From positions 566-64,565 of the forward strand of contig JBDRCT010000010.1 of assembly GCA_043821445.1 (NCBI GenBank): a DNA stretch of 64,000 bases. The letters are read 5' to 3'. Position 1 is the first letter of the stretch. Each line of letters opens with the position of its first letter. The translations under genes were made by a program, and so were the position numbers. The notes under the pieces are model-generated. The model was not told the DNA's origin, made no database searches, and was given only the letters and a program-made list of their open reading frames with translations. Below are positions 19,808 to 29,922 of this stretch, piece by piece. The stretch comes from Candidatus Omnitrophota bacterium. Its GTDB lineage: Bacteria; Omnitrophota; Omnitrophia; Omnitrophales; Aquincolibacteriaceae.

Positions 19808-20773
19808 ATGAACAAGCCCATAGGTTTCTTATTTCCGGGGCAAGGCGCTCAATTCGTGGGCATGGGCAAAGATCTTTATGCCACGAGCCCGGCCGCTTGC
19901 GCACTTTATAAAAAAGCCGAGGGGATCCTGGGCTACTCCATCAGCCAAATTTGCTTTGCCGGACCCGAAAAAGAATTGACGCGCACCCTTTATGCTCAAA
20001 CCGGTATCCTGGTCACAAGCCTTGCCGCCCTCGCGGCGCTTCGTGAAAAATACCCGGATCTTACGCCCTCGATCGTCGCGGGTTTAAGCTTGGGTGAGTT
20101 CACGGCATTAGCCGCCGCGGGAGCGATCTCCTTTGAAGATGCGTTGAAACTTGTGCAAGTCCGCGCCGAAGCGATGGAAGACGCGGCCAAGAACAACCCG
20201 GGAACCATGGCCTTCATTATGGGACTTACAGTTGAACAATGCCTGGGGGTGGCCAAGGAGGCAGGTTGTGAGATCGCAAATCTCAATGCGCCGGACCAAA
20301 CAGTGCTTTCCGGAACTCTTCTGACCATAGAACTAGCCTGCAAGATCGCCGAAGCCAAGGGCGCCAAGCGTGCAATGCCGCTTAAAGTCGGTGGCGCTTT
20401 TCATTCCTCCCTCATGGCTGAGGCGAAAGCGCGACTTGAAGCCGCGCTTGTCAGTGCTCCGATCCATGAACCCAAATGCGCTTTTATTCCCAATGTTACG
20501 GCTCAAAAAGTCTCAAATCCCAAAGAGATCCGGACTCTTCTTGCAAAACAACTCACGAGTCCGGTCCAGTGGGTCCAGACCATGGCGACCGCCAAAGAAT
20601 CCGGGACCACCCTTTATCTGGAGATCGGTCCCGGAAAGATCCTCAAAGGACTGGCGCGCAAGTGCCAGCCGGAATTTGAAGTTTTTTCGTTTGGTTCCGC
20701 GACCGATTTCAAAAGTCTTGAATCGCCTGGGTTATTGGAAAAATCATCACGCATAGAGGACCTGCCCCGTTAG
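19808..20773 (+). CDS. fabD: Malonyl-CoA:ACP transacylase
   Basis: FLFPGQGAQ, AGLSLGEF (GxSxG), GAFHS, QLTSPVQW, EIGPGKIL. Confidence 0.96.
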   Translation: MNKPIGFLFPGQGAQFVGMGKDLYATSPAACALYKKAEGILGYSISQICFAGPEKELTRTLYAQTGILVTSLAALAALREKYPDLTPSIVAGLSLGEFTALAAAGAISFEDALKLVQVRAEAMEDAAKNNPGTMAFIMGLTVEQCLGVAKEAGCEIANLNAPDQTVLSGTLLTIELACKIAEAKGAKRAMPLKVGGAFHSSLMAEAKARLEAALVSAPIHEPKCAFIPNVTAQKVSNPKEIRTLLAKQLTSPVQWVQTMATAKESGTTLYLEIGPGKILKGLARKCQPEFEVFSFGSATDFKSLESPGLLEKSSRIEDLPR

Positions 20774-20859
20774 AGTCTTAAAAAACTCTAAGCGGGATTA
20801 CGAAAGATAACATAAATAAAAAACCAGGGTCTTGCAGACATCTCGAGACTCTAACGGGG
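20765..20859. repeat. MITE-like element with 14-bp inverted repeats (CCCCGTTAGAG family), copy 1
   Basis: CCCCGTTAGAGTCT (20765-20778) and AGACTCTAACGGGG (20846-20859); the left arm contains the fabD stop. Confidence 0.8.
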
Positions 20860-20867
20860 GAACAACC

Positions 20868-21611
20868 ATGATGCTGAAAGATAAAGTTGCGCTTGTAACG
20901 GGTGCCGGTCGCGGGATCGGTCAGGCGATCGCACTCGCGTTCGCAAAAGAAGGTGCCATTCTGGTGCTTTCGGACCTCAAAACCGAGTTTTTGACGGAGA
21001 CCGAGACCCTCGCAAAACAGGCGGGATCCCCGAAATGTGTTTTGACGCAAGCTAATGTGGCTAATGGGGATGAAGTGGAGCAAGTCGTCAAAATCTCCCT
21101 TGACACCTTTGAGCGCATCGATATACTCGTCAACGTTGCGGGCATTACGAAGGACGGGTTGCTCGCCACCATGTCCGAACAGGACTGGGACGATGTTCTT
21201 TCGATCAATTTGAAAAGCGCATTCCTCTTCACGAAGGCGTGCGCAAGGCCCATGATGAAGCAGCGTGCCGGAACGATCATCAATATCGCTTCCATCATCG
21301 GGATCGCCGGGAATGCCGGGCAGGCGAATTATGCGGCCTCGAAGGGGGGCATGATCGCTTTGACGAAAAGCACGGCGAAAGAGTTGGCTAAACGGAACAT
21401 TCGGGCCAACGCGATCGCTCCGGGATTCATCAAAAGTAAGATGACCGATAAGCTGCCGCCGGATCTGGTTGAGAAAATGAAGGAACGGATCGGGCTCAGG
21501 CGTCTCGGAGAGCCTCAAGATGTGGCGAATGTTGCCGTATTTTTGGCATCGGAAGCATCAGCCTATGTCACCGGACAGACCATCGTCGTGGATGGTGGAC
21601 TTGTACTCTGA
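20868..21611 (+). CDS. fabG: 3-oxoacyl-ACP reductase
   Basis: ALVTGAGRGIG, NVAGITKD, GQANYAASKGG, NAIAPGFI, VDGG. Confidence 0.97.
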   Translation: MMLKDKVALVTGAGRGIGQAIALAFAKEGAILVLSDLKTEFLTETETLAKQAGSPKCVLTQANVANGDEVEQVVKISLDTFERIDILVNVAGITKDGLLATMSEQDWDDVLSINLKSAFLFTKACARPMMKQRAGTIINIASIIGIAGNAGQANYAASKGGMIALTKSTAKELAKRNIRANAIAPGFIKSKMTDKLPPDLVEKMKERIGLRRLGEPQDVANVAVFLASEASAYVTGQTIVVDGGLVL

Positions 21612-21660
21612 TGCATTTTTCATGTCGTAAAGCTTTTAATCATTAAAGGAGGATACATCG

Positions 21661-21900
21661 ATGGGCGTTCAGGAAAAGATCACAGAAATTATTGTCGAAC
21701 AGCTGGGTGTAAAACCCGAGGAGGTCGTTCCGGAAGCCTCTTTCGTGGATGATCTCGGCGCGGATTCTTTAGACACGGTTGAGTTGGTCATGGCTTTCGA
21801 AGAAGAGTTCGGGGCGGAAATCCCTGATGAAGACGCCGAAAAGCTTCAGACCGTTGGGGATGCCATTAAGTACGTCTCGGAAAAGACGAGCCAGAAGTAA
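21661..21900 (+). CDS. acpP: Acyl carrier protein
   Basis: [21 protein letters not shown]; AAGGAGG RBS. Confidence 0.98.
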   Translation: MGVQEKITEIIVEQLGVKPEEVVPEASFVDDLGADSLDTVELVMAFEEEFGAEIPDEDAEKLQTVGDAIKYVSEKTSQK

Positions 21901-21952
21901 TCGCTCGCCTCTTCATTCCTAAAGATCTTCTCACCCACGGAAAACAGCTATC

Positions 21953-23194
21953 ATGAGGCGTGTAGTTATTACCGGTATTGGCATGATCACCCCTGTCGCC
22001 AATACCGCTGAAGAGACTTGGCAGGGCTTTTTGAAAGGCAAGAGCGGAACGGGTCCGTTGACCCAGATCGATTCGGCGCCTTTCAATTCCAAAGTCGCAG
22101 CCGAGGTCAAGAACTTCGAGCCCCTCAAATACCTGACCCCCAAGGACATTAAAAAGACGGACATCTTTGTCCAATTCGGAGTCGCCAGCGCCAAAATGGC
22201 CATGGCGGACGCCAAACTTGACATTGCCAAGGTAGACGCCCACCGCGTCGGCATCCTGGTCGGTTCGGGGATCGGGGGACTTCGCGTGATCGAGGAACAG
22301 CACCGCCAGATGATGGAAAAAGGCCCGGGCCGTATTTCTCCCTTCCTGATCCCGATGCTCATTGTCAACATGGCCCCGGGGCAGATCTCCATTGCGCTTG
22401 GCCTCAAAGGCCCGAGCACTTGTGTGGCCACGGCCTGCGCGACAGGCTCGAACGCCATCGGGGATGCCTTCAAGCTTATCCAACGCGATGAGGCAGACAT
22501 CATGTTCGCCGGCGGCACGGAATCCTGCATCACGAACCTCGGATTCGGCGGGTTTGATGCTATGAAGGCTTTGAGTACTCACAACGACCATCCCGAGACC
22601 GCGTCCCGTCCATTCGATAAGACGCGCAGTGGATTCGTGATGGGCGAAGGCTGCGCCATTCTGATCATGGAAGAGTTGGAGCACGCAAAAAAACGCGGTG
22701 CACGGATCTACGCCGAAATGGCGGGGTACGGCATGACCTCCGATGCCAGTCACATCACGGCACCGGATCCCAGCGGGGAAGGGGCCGCGCGCTGTATGAT
22801 CAATGCCATGAAGGACGCGAAGATCCGTCCCGAGGATGTGGATTATATCAACGCTCACGGGACCTCGACGCCCTTGAACGACAAGGTCGAAACCATCGCT
22901 ATTAAAAAAGCTTTGGGGGAGAGTGTCGCGCGTAAGGTCCGGATCAGTTCGACTAAATCCATGGTCGGGCACCTGCTTGGGGCGGCGGGAGCCGTGGAAG
23001 GCGCAGTATGCGTCCTGGCCATCCGCGACCAGATCGTTCCGCCGACCATCAATTACAAATATCCGGATCCGGAATGCGATCTGAATTATGTGCCGAATGA
23101 AGCCCAAAAGTGCCGCGTCCGTGTCACTTTATCGAATTCTCTTGGTTTTGGAGGCCATAATGCCTGTATCGCATTCAAAGCGTATCAGGAATAG
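21953..23194 (+). CDS. fabF: Beta-ketoacyl-ACP synthase II
   Basis: RRVVITGIG, TACATG, INAHGTST, STKSM.GHLLGAAG, SNSLGFGGHN. Confidence 0.97.
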   Translation: MRRVVITGIGMITPVANTAEETWQGFLKGKSGTGPLTQIDSAPFNSKVAAEVKNFEPLKYLTPKDIKKTDIFVQFGVASAKMAMADAKLDIAKVDAHRVGILVGSGIGGLRVIEEQHRQMMEKGPGRISPFLIPMLIVNMAPGQISIALGLKGPSTCVATACATGSNAIGDAFKLIQRDEADIMFAGGTESCITNLGFGGFDAMKALSTHNDHPETASRPFDKTRSGFVMGEGCAILIMEELEHAKKRGARIYAEMAGYGMTSDASHITAPDPSGEGAARCMINAMKDAKIRPEDVDYINAHGTSTPLNDKVETIAIKKALGESVARKVRISSTKSMVGHLLGAAGAVEGAVCVLAIRDQIVPPTINYKYPDPECDLNYVPNEAQKCRVRVTLSNSLGFGGHNACIAFKAYQE

Positions 23195-23293
23195 GCCTCA
23201 TTTTCTCTCTTCAGATAACACCTTTTTCTGCCGAAACATCAACTCAAAGGAATCAACTTAAAAGGAACAGGCTCTGCCCTAAGAGCGTGGTGT

Positions 23294-26200
23294 ATGCGCC
23301 TTAAAAAACTCGAGCTTCTAGGTTTCAAGTCCTTCGCCGAAAAAACCGAGCTAGCTTTTGACCAAGGGGTCACTTGCATCGTCGGTCCTAACGGTTGTGG
23401 CAAGAGCAATGTCTCCGACGCTATCCGTTGGGTTCTTGGAGAACGTAGCGCGAAGCTTTTGCGCGGCTCGTCCATGGAAGACGTCATTTTCAACGGCACG
23501 GAAGTCCGCAAACCTCTCGCCTTCGCCGAAGTCTCCCTCACGATCGATAATGCGGATCGCGGTATGCCGATCGAATATAACGAAGTCACGATCACGCGCC
23601 GCCTTTACCGGACGGGGGAAAGTGAATATCTCCTCAATAAAACCCAGTGCCGGCTCAAAGATATCCAGGATCTGATCCTCGACACCGGCATCGGCTCTTC
23701 GTCTTACTCTATGATCGAACAAGGAAGGATCGACTACATTCTCAAGGCGGACCCGGAAGAGCGCCGTTTCCTTATTGAAGAAGCCGCAGGGATCGCCAAG
23801 TATAAGGTCAAGAAAGACGAATCGATCCGAAAGCTCGAACGCACGGAAGAGAACTTGAAACGCCTCCAGGACATCGTTTTCGAGGTCCAAAAAAATATCC
23901 AGTATGCCGAACGTCAGGCCAAGCGTGCCGAACGCTACAAACTTGAACTTGAACGCCTCAAAATGCTGGAGATCAAGCGCGCCTTTCATGACCAGCGCCA
24001 GATCGAGCAAAAGAAACTCGACCTCACGCAGAACTTCCAGTTCAAGAAGGATGAGCTCACGGCGCTTGCGGTAAAACTTCAAACCCATCATCAAACGATC
24101 GAGGATCAGGAAACCCGCGTCCGGGGGATCGGTCAGCGTTGCCACGTCAAAGAGGGCGAGCGCTATCAAGCGCTCGCACAGATCGAGACGAACGATCAAA
24201 AACTTCAGTTCATCCGGGATAAGCGCGTTGAACTCGCCCAACAGCGCGGGCAGCTGCTGCAAGAGCAGGACCAACTGCGCCAAGCACTCGAGGCTGCGGC
24301 CCATCGGAAAAATGAGCTCCATGAACTTCTCAAAACCAGGGAGACTGAAAGTTTCCAGATCCAAACGCGTCTCGCGGAGGCCACTCAAAAGCTGCAGCAT
24401 CAAGAGTCCTTGATCGAGGAAGCCAAGAACGCTCTTGAAACGGCCCGCAAAGAATTCTTCGAGACCGCTCAGCTCACCACCCAGGCCCGCAATGAATTCC
24501 ACCGGACCAAAGCGCTCGGAGAGAATTTGGGATCCCAGCGTCGACGGGAAGAATCGGATTCAAGCCGTCTCGCCGAGCAGATCGCGTCCTGGAATGAAAA
24601 ACTCACGCTTTGTCTTCAGGCGCTTGAGAGCATGAACTCCGAGCTTCAGGATACGTTGAGCGGCCATCAGGGACTTCGAGCCACGACCCATGCGTTTGAG
24701 CAGGAACTTATGGAACTCCGTCAATATGCGCATGAGACACGGCTCGCGCTCCGCGAAAAAGAATCCCGGCTTCACACGCTCAATGAGATGGAAGGCGCGA
24801 GTTCGTCCGCATTCCAGGAATTCTTGAGCGAAGCGTCCCAACAGGTTCCGGGGCTCGTCCGGAGTCTTCAGGAAGTCCTAAAAATCCAGGAAGGTTATGA
24901 ATGGGCCATCGATGTAGCTTTTGGACAATTTGCAAGGTCTCTGGTCGCCGGGGACGTAGAGACCGCACGAACCCTTGTGGAGCAGTTGAACGCTAAACGT
25001 TCGCTCGCCGCCGGGATTTTTCTTAAAACGCAGGTTTCATTTTCTCCGGAAGCCTCCCGACACTATGCGTCTTTCGGATTCCGGCCGCTCGCCGACTTTG
25101 TCCAGATCGAACCTGGGTTTGACGGCATTCTTGGGAATGTCTTTGTCGGCGAAACCTTTCCGCTCCATCGGCTCGAGGCACTTTTCCAGGAACCTTCCCC
25201 GGCCAATCTCGTTTCACGTGACGGCCTGTTCTTAAGTTCCGACCGCAGGCTCTTTTTCTGGAACGATCAGAGCCGCTCCCAGTTCTTTTTTTCAAGAAAT
25301 TCCGAAACCTCGAAGATCCGCCAAGAGATCGAAGCTCTCACGGCGCAAGTGCAGGAAAAAGAAGCAAAGATCGGTTATCTTGAGACCGAGCTTGCAACCT
25401 TGCGCGCTCAGAGCGCTGAAGCCGCCGAGCAAAAGACCTCGACCCTCATCGAAAAAGAATCCCTCGAGAGTGAACGGAAGAACATCGAAGAACGTCTCCT
25501 GGGTTTGAGATCCGAGGCTGAATTATCGGTTTCCGAGATCCATGAATTGGCGCAGGAGGCCGAGCGGGTCCGCATCGCGTGCGAGCAGATCCAGGCGTCC
25601 CTGACCCAGAAAGAACAGGAAGAATCCAAGTTTGGAGAGATCCAGCGTCAAAAGGAAAAAGATCTCGAACATTGCCTGAGCGTCCGTGAAGAGGTCCTGG
25701 GCGCGGTCCGGCAATGTCAAACACAAGCCGAGCAATCTCAGCAAGGAATGCGACATCTTGAGGAATCATTGCAACTTGTCGAGCAACATGCGCAAAAAGA
25801 CAGAGAGAGGCAAGCCTTCCTTGAGCACGGGAAAGAGCGTATCGCGGCCAAAGAACAGGACCTGGCCCAGGAAGAGCTCGTCTGCGTCCGCCTTGCCGAA
25901 GAACACCAACAGCGGCTGCATACGGTGGATGTGGACCTTGAGTTGCTGCATAAAGACCAGCGGGAGCAGGAAGTGCTCTTGACGGGTCAGCGCCACGCTT
26001 TGGACCAAATGCTTCACTCCCAAAAGGTGCTGCAGGACGAAGAACATCAGATCTCGCTCCAGCAAATGGACCTCGACTACCAACTCAAGAACGTGGGGGA
26101 ACGGCTTCTGCAGCGCTATCGTCTGAACCTTTTGGAGCTCAACAGCCAGGATTATATTTTCACGGAAGAAGAATTAGCCTCCGCAGAGGAGACGATCGCG

Positions 26201-26923
26201 GCACTTCAGAACAAGGTCGATTCCCTCGGCACCGTCAACCTGCTCGCCATCGAAGAATATCAGGAATTGAAAACGCGCTATGATTTCCTTTTAGCGCAAC
26301 AAAAAGACCTGGATGATGCGCGGAATTCCCTCATGGAAGCCATCCGCAAGATCAATCAAACTACCAAGCAGCTTTTTGAGGACACTTTTAAGCAGGTGCA
26401 GGAAACCTTCAGACAGTATTATCAGATCCTTTTTCGGGGCGGTGAGGCGCGCATCTTTCTGATCGATGAGGCACACCCCCTCGAATCGGGGATCGATATC
26501 GTCGTGCGTCCTCCCGGAAAAAAAATGCAGAATATGTTGCTTCTTTCGGGCGGCGAAAAGGCATTGACCGCCGTCGCGCTCCTTTTCGCGCTCTTCAAGA
26601 TCAAGCCGTCGCCTTTCTGCCTTTTGGATGAGATCGATGCGCCCCTTGACGAGGCCAATATTGACCGTTTCCTTGCGGTGCTCAACACATTCATCGAACA
26701 ATCCCAATTCATCATCATTACCCATAATCGCAAGACCATCGCTATGGGGGATTCCCTCTACGGCGTGACCATGGAAGAACCCGGTATTTCCAAGATCGTT
26801 TCCGTGAAGGTCCGTTCCGGCGAAGAATCCCTTTCCGGCGGGGATGAGGCTGTGGCCCCCTCCGTCGACGCGGTTCCGATCGATGAAGTTCCGGAAAAAA
26901 ATACGGACACCGTCAGCGCTTGA
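23294..26923 (+). CDS. smc: Chromosome segregation protein SMC
   Basis: GFKSFA, VGPNGCGKSN, two long coiled coils, LLSGGEK, LLDEIDAPLDEAN, ITHN; hinge looks divergent. Confidence 0.95.
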   Translation: MRLKKLELLGFKSFAEKTELAFDQGVTCIVGPNGCGKSNVSDAIRWVLGERSAKLLRGSSMEDVIFNGTEVRKPLAFAEVSLTIDNADRGMPIEYNEVTITRRLYRTGESEYLLNKTQCRLKDIQDLILDTGIGSSSYSMIEQGRIDYILKADPEERRFLIEEAAGIAKYKVKKDESIRKLERTEENLKRLQDIVFEVQKNIQYAERQAKRAERYKLELERLKMLEIKRAFHDQRQIEQKKLDLTQNFQFKKDELTALAVKLQTHHQTIEDQETRVRGIGQRCHVKEGERYQALAQIETNDQKLQFIRDKRVELAQQRGQLLQEQDQLRQALEAAAHRKNELHELLKTRETESFQIQTRLAEATQKLQHQESLIEEAKNALETARKEFFETAQLTTQARNEFHRTKALGENLGSQRRREESDSSRLAEQIASWNEKLTLCLQALESMNSELQDTLSGHQGLRATTHAFEQELMELRQYAHETRLALREKESRLHTLNEMEGASSSAFQEFLSEASQQVPGLVRSLQEVLKIQEGYEWAIDVAFGQFARSLVAGDVETARTLVEQLNAKRSLAAGIFLKTQVSFSPEASRHYASFGFRPLADFVQIEPGFDGILGNVFVGETFPLHRLEALFQEPSPANLVSRDGLFLSSDRRLFFWNDQSRSQFFFSRNSETSKIRQEIEALTAQVQEKEAKIGYLETELATLRAQSAEAAEQKTSTLIEKESLESERKNIEERLLGLRSEAELSVSEIHELAQEAERVRIACEQIQASLTQKEQEESKFGEIQRQKEKDLEHCLSVREEVLGAVRQCQTQAEQSQQGMRHLEESLQLVEQHAQKDRERQAFLEHGKERIAAKEQDLAQEELVCVRLAEEHQQRLHTVDVDLELLHKDQREQEVLLTGQRHALDQMLHSQKVLQDEEHQISLQQMDLDYQLKNVGERLLQRYRLNLLELNSQDYIFTEEELASAEETIAALQNKVDSLGTVNLLAIEEYQELKTRYDFLLAQQKDLDDARNSLMEAIRKINQTTKQLFEDTFKQVQETFRQYYQILFRGGEARIFLIDEAHPLESGIDIVVRPPGKKMQNMLLLSGGEKALTAVALLFALFKIKPSPFCLLDEIDAPLDEANIDRFLAVLNTFIEQSQFIIITHNRKTIAMGDSLYGVTMEEPGISKIVSVKVRSGEESLSGGDEAVAPSVDAVPIDEVPEKNTDTVSA

Positions 26924-27456
26924 GCATTCCGAACTACCTGACCCTTCTTAGGATCCTTCTCACCCCCGTTTTTTTTATCACACTTGTTTCCTACACTCCG
27001 GAAAAGGAAGGGCTTCGTTTCGTGGCGCTGGCGATTTTCGCGGCCGCCGCTTTGACCGATGCGCTGGATGGGCTTCTGGCGCGGTTCCTGAAACAACGAA
27101 CCGCGTTAGGGCAAATGCTGGATCCCCTCGCAGATAAAATACTCCTTGTGAGCGCTTACATCGGTCTGCTTTTTGTGGCCGCACTTTCTTTTCGGCCTCC
27201 CCTTTGGATCACGATCACCATCATTTTCCGTGATCTGATCCTTCTTATAGGATTTTTCGCACTTCACTTTGCCTCCGTAAAGATCGAGGTACAACCGAAC
27301 ATCTGGGGCAAGCTCACGACCGTCTCCCAAATGCTCTTGTTGTGTTTTATCCTGCTCGAGTGTCCGGTCGCAATACCTTTGGCCTATCTCACGGTAACCT
27401 TCACGATCGTCTCGGGGATCATCTATATTACCCGCGGGTTAAAGTTCATCCAATGA
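26920..27456 (+). CDS. CDP-alcohol phosphatidyltransferase (PgsA/cardiolipin-synthase-like)
   Basis: IPNYLTLLRI, TDALDGLLAR...T.LG.MLDPLADK; TTG start overlapping the smc stop. Confidence 0.9.
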   Translation: MSIPNYLTLLRILLTPVFFITLVSYTPEKEGLRFVALAIFAAAALTDALDGLLARFLKQRTALGQMLDPLADKILLVSAYIGLLFVAALSFRPPLWITITIIFRDLILLIGFFALHFASVKIEVQPNIWGKLTTVSQMLLLCFILLECPVAIPLAYLTVTFTIVSGIIYITRGLKFIQ

Positions 27457-28064
27457 ACGATCTTTTTTTGTCTGTGCTCTTCATGCTTGCGGCTTACCTC
27501 ATAGGTTCCGTTCCGTTCGGTCTCATCGCCGGGTCCAGAATAAAAGACCTCGATATCCGCGAGCATGGCAGCAAGAACATCGGTGCGACCAACGTTTTTC
27601 GCGTGGTTGGAAAAAAGTGGGGGATCACGGTACTTCTGCTGGATGTCGTCAAAGGTTATGTCGCGTGTGTGCTTCCGGCATTTTTCGGCCAAAGCCTCGT
27701 CCTCCCGTTCCAGCTGCTTTTGGGCATCAGCGCGATCCTGGGGCATAGCTTCCCGGTTTGGCTCAATTTCAAAGGGGGGAAAGGGGTGGCAACCTCGCTA
27801 GGGGTCTTTCTGGCTATCGCTTGGATCCCGACCCTCATCACATTCGGACTTTGGATCTTCTGCTTTGTGATCACCCATATCATTTCGATCTCCTCGCTGG
27901 TGGCCGCGGTGATCTTTCCGGTCATGATCACCTGGCGCTATATGGGAACCCCCGGTATCAAATTTCTACTGCCGATCAGCATCACCCTGGCTGTCTTCAT
28001 CTTCTATACCCACCGTGCCAACATTCAGCGCCTCCGCCAAGGAACCGAAAAGAAGCTTTTTTAA
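27453..28064 (+). CDS. plsY: Glycerol-3-phosphate acyltransferase PlsY
   Basis: YLIGSVPFG, DIREHGSKNIGATNVFR, GHSFP...F.GGKGVAT, HRANI.RL..GTE. Confidence 0.96.
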   Translation: MNDLFLSVLFMLAAYLIGSVPFGLIAGSRIKDLDIREHGSKNIGATNVFRVVGKKWGITVLLLDVVKGYVACVLPAFFGQSLVLPFQLLLGISAILGHSFPVWLNFKGGKGVATSLGVFLAIAWIPTLITFGLWIFCFVITHIISISSLVAAVIFPVMITWRYMGTPGIKFLLPISITLAVFIFYTHRANIQRLRQGTEKKLF

Positions 28065-28072
28065 GGCTTTGC

Positions 28073-28100
28073 TTGACAATTAAATAAAATCATATATTAT
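28073..28100 (+). promoter_or_regulatory. sigma70-type promoter of recA
   Basis: TTGACA-N16-TATTAT in an AT-rich intergenic region about 110 bp upstream of recA. Confidence 0.65.
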
Positions 28101-28209
28101 TTCAATAAAACTAATATTCTATAGCGCCGCCGCTTCTTAAATTATCTTTACAGAAGATGGGTGGGCCGATAGAATTTCAATCTCACGCCTTCCTACAAGG
28201 AGAAAAATT

Positions 28210-29277
28210 ATGGCCGAACGGAAAAGATCAGAAAAACACGCCGCACCCGAATCAAAGAGATCCACGGACAAACAAAAGGCCCTCGAACTCACGCTTCAGC
28301 AGATCGAAAAACAGTTCGGCAAAGGCTCCATCATGAAGCTCGGCGACCAGCACCACGAGAATGTCGCCGCTCTTGCCACGGGAGCCCTGAGTCTTGATAT
28401 CGCCACCGGCATCGGAGGCATTCCCCGCGGACGCATCGTCGAGATCTTCGGACCCGAGTCAAGCGGCAAGACCACGCTCACGTTGAATATCATTGCCCGG
28501 ATCCAGTCCACCGGCGGTGTTGCGGCCTTTATCGACGCAGAGCACGCCTTGGACCCGCAATATGCGCAAAAGATCGGCGTCAAGGTCGATGAACTTCTTA
28601 TCTCACAGCCCGATTCCGGTGAGCAGGCGCTCCAGATCGCGGAAATGCTTGTACGCTCGAATGCCGTGGATCTCATCGTTGTGGATTCTGTGGCGGCGCT
28701 TGTTCCTCGCGCGGAGATCGAAGGGGAGATGGGGCAATCACAAATGGGCCTTCAAGCGCGCTTGATGTCCCAGGCGATGCGCAAGCTCACGGCCATTATC
28801 AGCAAATCCAAGACCTGCATTATTTTCATCAATCAGTTGCGCGAGAAGATCGGCGTCATGTTCGGCAATCCCGAGACCACTCCGGGCGGCAAAGCCCTCA
28901 AGTTCTATGCCTCCATGCGATTGGACATTCGCAGGATCGCAAGCCTCAAAAAGGGCGACGTCGTTATCGGGAACAGGGTTCGTGTCAAAGTCGTCAAAAA
29001 CAAGGTCGCGGCCCCGTTCCGCCAGGCGGAATTTGACATCCTGTTCGATGAAGGCATTTCGCGCTCCTCGAACGTCGTGGAGCTTGGCACCCAATACCAG
29101 GTGATCGATAAATCCGGAACTTGGCTTGCTTACAACGATCAAAAACTCGGACAAGGCAAGGATGCGGCCCGCATTTTTCTGAAAGAAAATACGAAGCTCC
29201 TCGAAGAGATTGAGGAAAAGATCCTGGAAAAAGTCGCCGCCGGAGAAAGCGCGGTCGTCGGCGCGGCCGCCGAATAG
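28210..29277 (+). CDS. recA: Recombinase RecA
   Basis: [56 protein letters not shown]. Confidence 0.99.
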   Translation: MAERKRSEKHAAPESKRSTDKQKALELTLQQIEKQFGKGSIMKLGDQHHENVAALATGALSLDIATGIGGIPRGRIVEIFGPESSGKTTLTLNIIARIQSTGGVAAFIDAEHALDPQYAQKIGVKVDELLISQPDSGEQALQIAEMLVRSNAVDLIVVDSVAALVPRAEIEGEMGQSQMGLQARLMSQAMRKLTAIISKSKTCIIFINQLREKIGVMFGNPETTPGGKALKFYASMRLDIRRIASLKKGDVVIGNRVRVKVVKNKVAAPFRQAEFDILFDEGISRSSNVVELGTQYQVIDKSGTWLAYNDQKLGQGKDAARIFLKENTKLLEEIEEKILEKVAAGESAVVGAAAE

Positions 29278-29320
29278 TCCTCAGCGGGAAAGTTTTCTTC
29301 AGAAAGGATGGCCCCGATTT

Positions 29321-29408
29321 CCGTCCAAGCCTTTATTTTCATTTCATAAAAGGCGATTTGGACGGCCCCAATTTAGACTCGGTTGAAATTGGCAGGTATG
29401 GGGACCGC
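29321..29408 (+). repeat. Double-hairpin dispersed element, copy 2
   Basis: CCGTCCAA/TTGGACGG stem with AT-rich loop plus the 49-bp unit GGACGGCCCCAATTT...GAAATTGGCAGGTATGGGGACCGC, between recA and recX. Confidence 0.75.
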
Positions 29409-29418
29409 TTTTTCTCAT

Positions 29419-29916
29419 ATGGACAAAATGCTCACGGAAGAACAGACTAAGCAGGCGATCATCACCTGTCTGAGGCTACTCGCCGCCAGTCCCAAAAGCG
29501 GTCAGGAACTGAGAAAAAAGCTCGAGGGTAAGGGCTACTCCTCCGGGACGATCGATCAAGCGCTCGGCGATCTCAAGGCCCAAGGTGTTCTGGATGATAC
29601 GAGATACGCCAAGGACCTGGTGGCCAGGCTCATCCTCGGCAAATCCGCGGGCCGTTACAAGATCGCGTTTGAATTGAAGCGGCACGGAATTTCGAAAAAA
29701 ATCTCGGATGAGATGTTGGGAACGCTGTCCAACGAAGACGAGACAGAACGCGCGCTGGAGCAGGCCCGGCTGAAATGGACCGGATGGTCCCGGCTCGATC
29801 CGCAGAAACGCAGGAAGCGCCTTTATGATTTTTTAATACGGAAAGGGTACGATTTTCAGATCGTTCAGGATATCCTTCAAAAGCTTTCGAAAGGATCCGC
29901 GGACGATGAGATCTGA
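29419..29916 (+). CDS. recX: Regulatory protein RecX
   Basis: LRLLA...KS..ELRKKL..KG, GVLDD.RYA, G..KI.FELK..GI, FLIRKGY; directly after recA; start uncertain. Confidence 0.9.
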   Translation: MDKMLTEEQTKQAIITCLRLLAASPKSGQELRKKLEGKGYSSGTIDQALGDLKAQGVLDDTRYAKDLVARLILGKSAGRYKIAFELKRHGISKKISDEMLGTLSNEDETERALEQARLKWTGWSRLDPQKRRKRLYDFLIRKGYDFQIVQDILQKLSKGSADDEI

Positions 29917-29922
29917 CGCTTT

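Noticed and set aside
20077-20100. FabD active site GLSLG instead of GHSLG suggesting inactivation
   Set aside because: The catalytic Ser and the AFHS His are intact; GLSLG is a known variant.
21866-23107. Long antisense ORFs over housekeeping genes (also 12417..13334, 23351..24502, 32401..33465, 41893..42909, 42986..44011, 62282..63289)
   Set aside because: Expected shadows from codon bias; the opposite strand carries the recognisable genes.
28100-28209. LexA/SOS box upstream of recA
   Set aside because: No match to CTGT-N8-ACAG or GAAC-N4-GTTC was found; a lineage-specific box cannot be called from one site.
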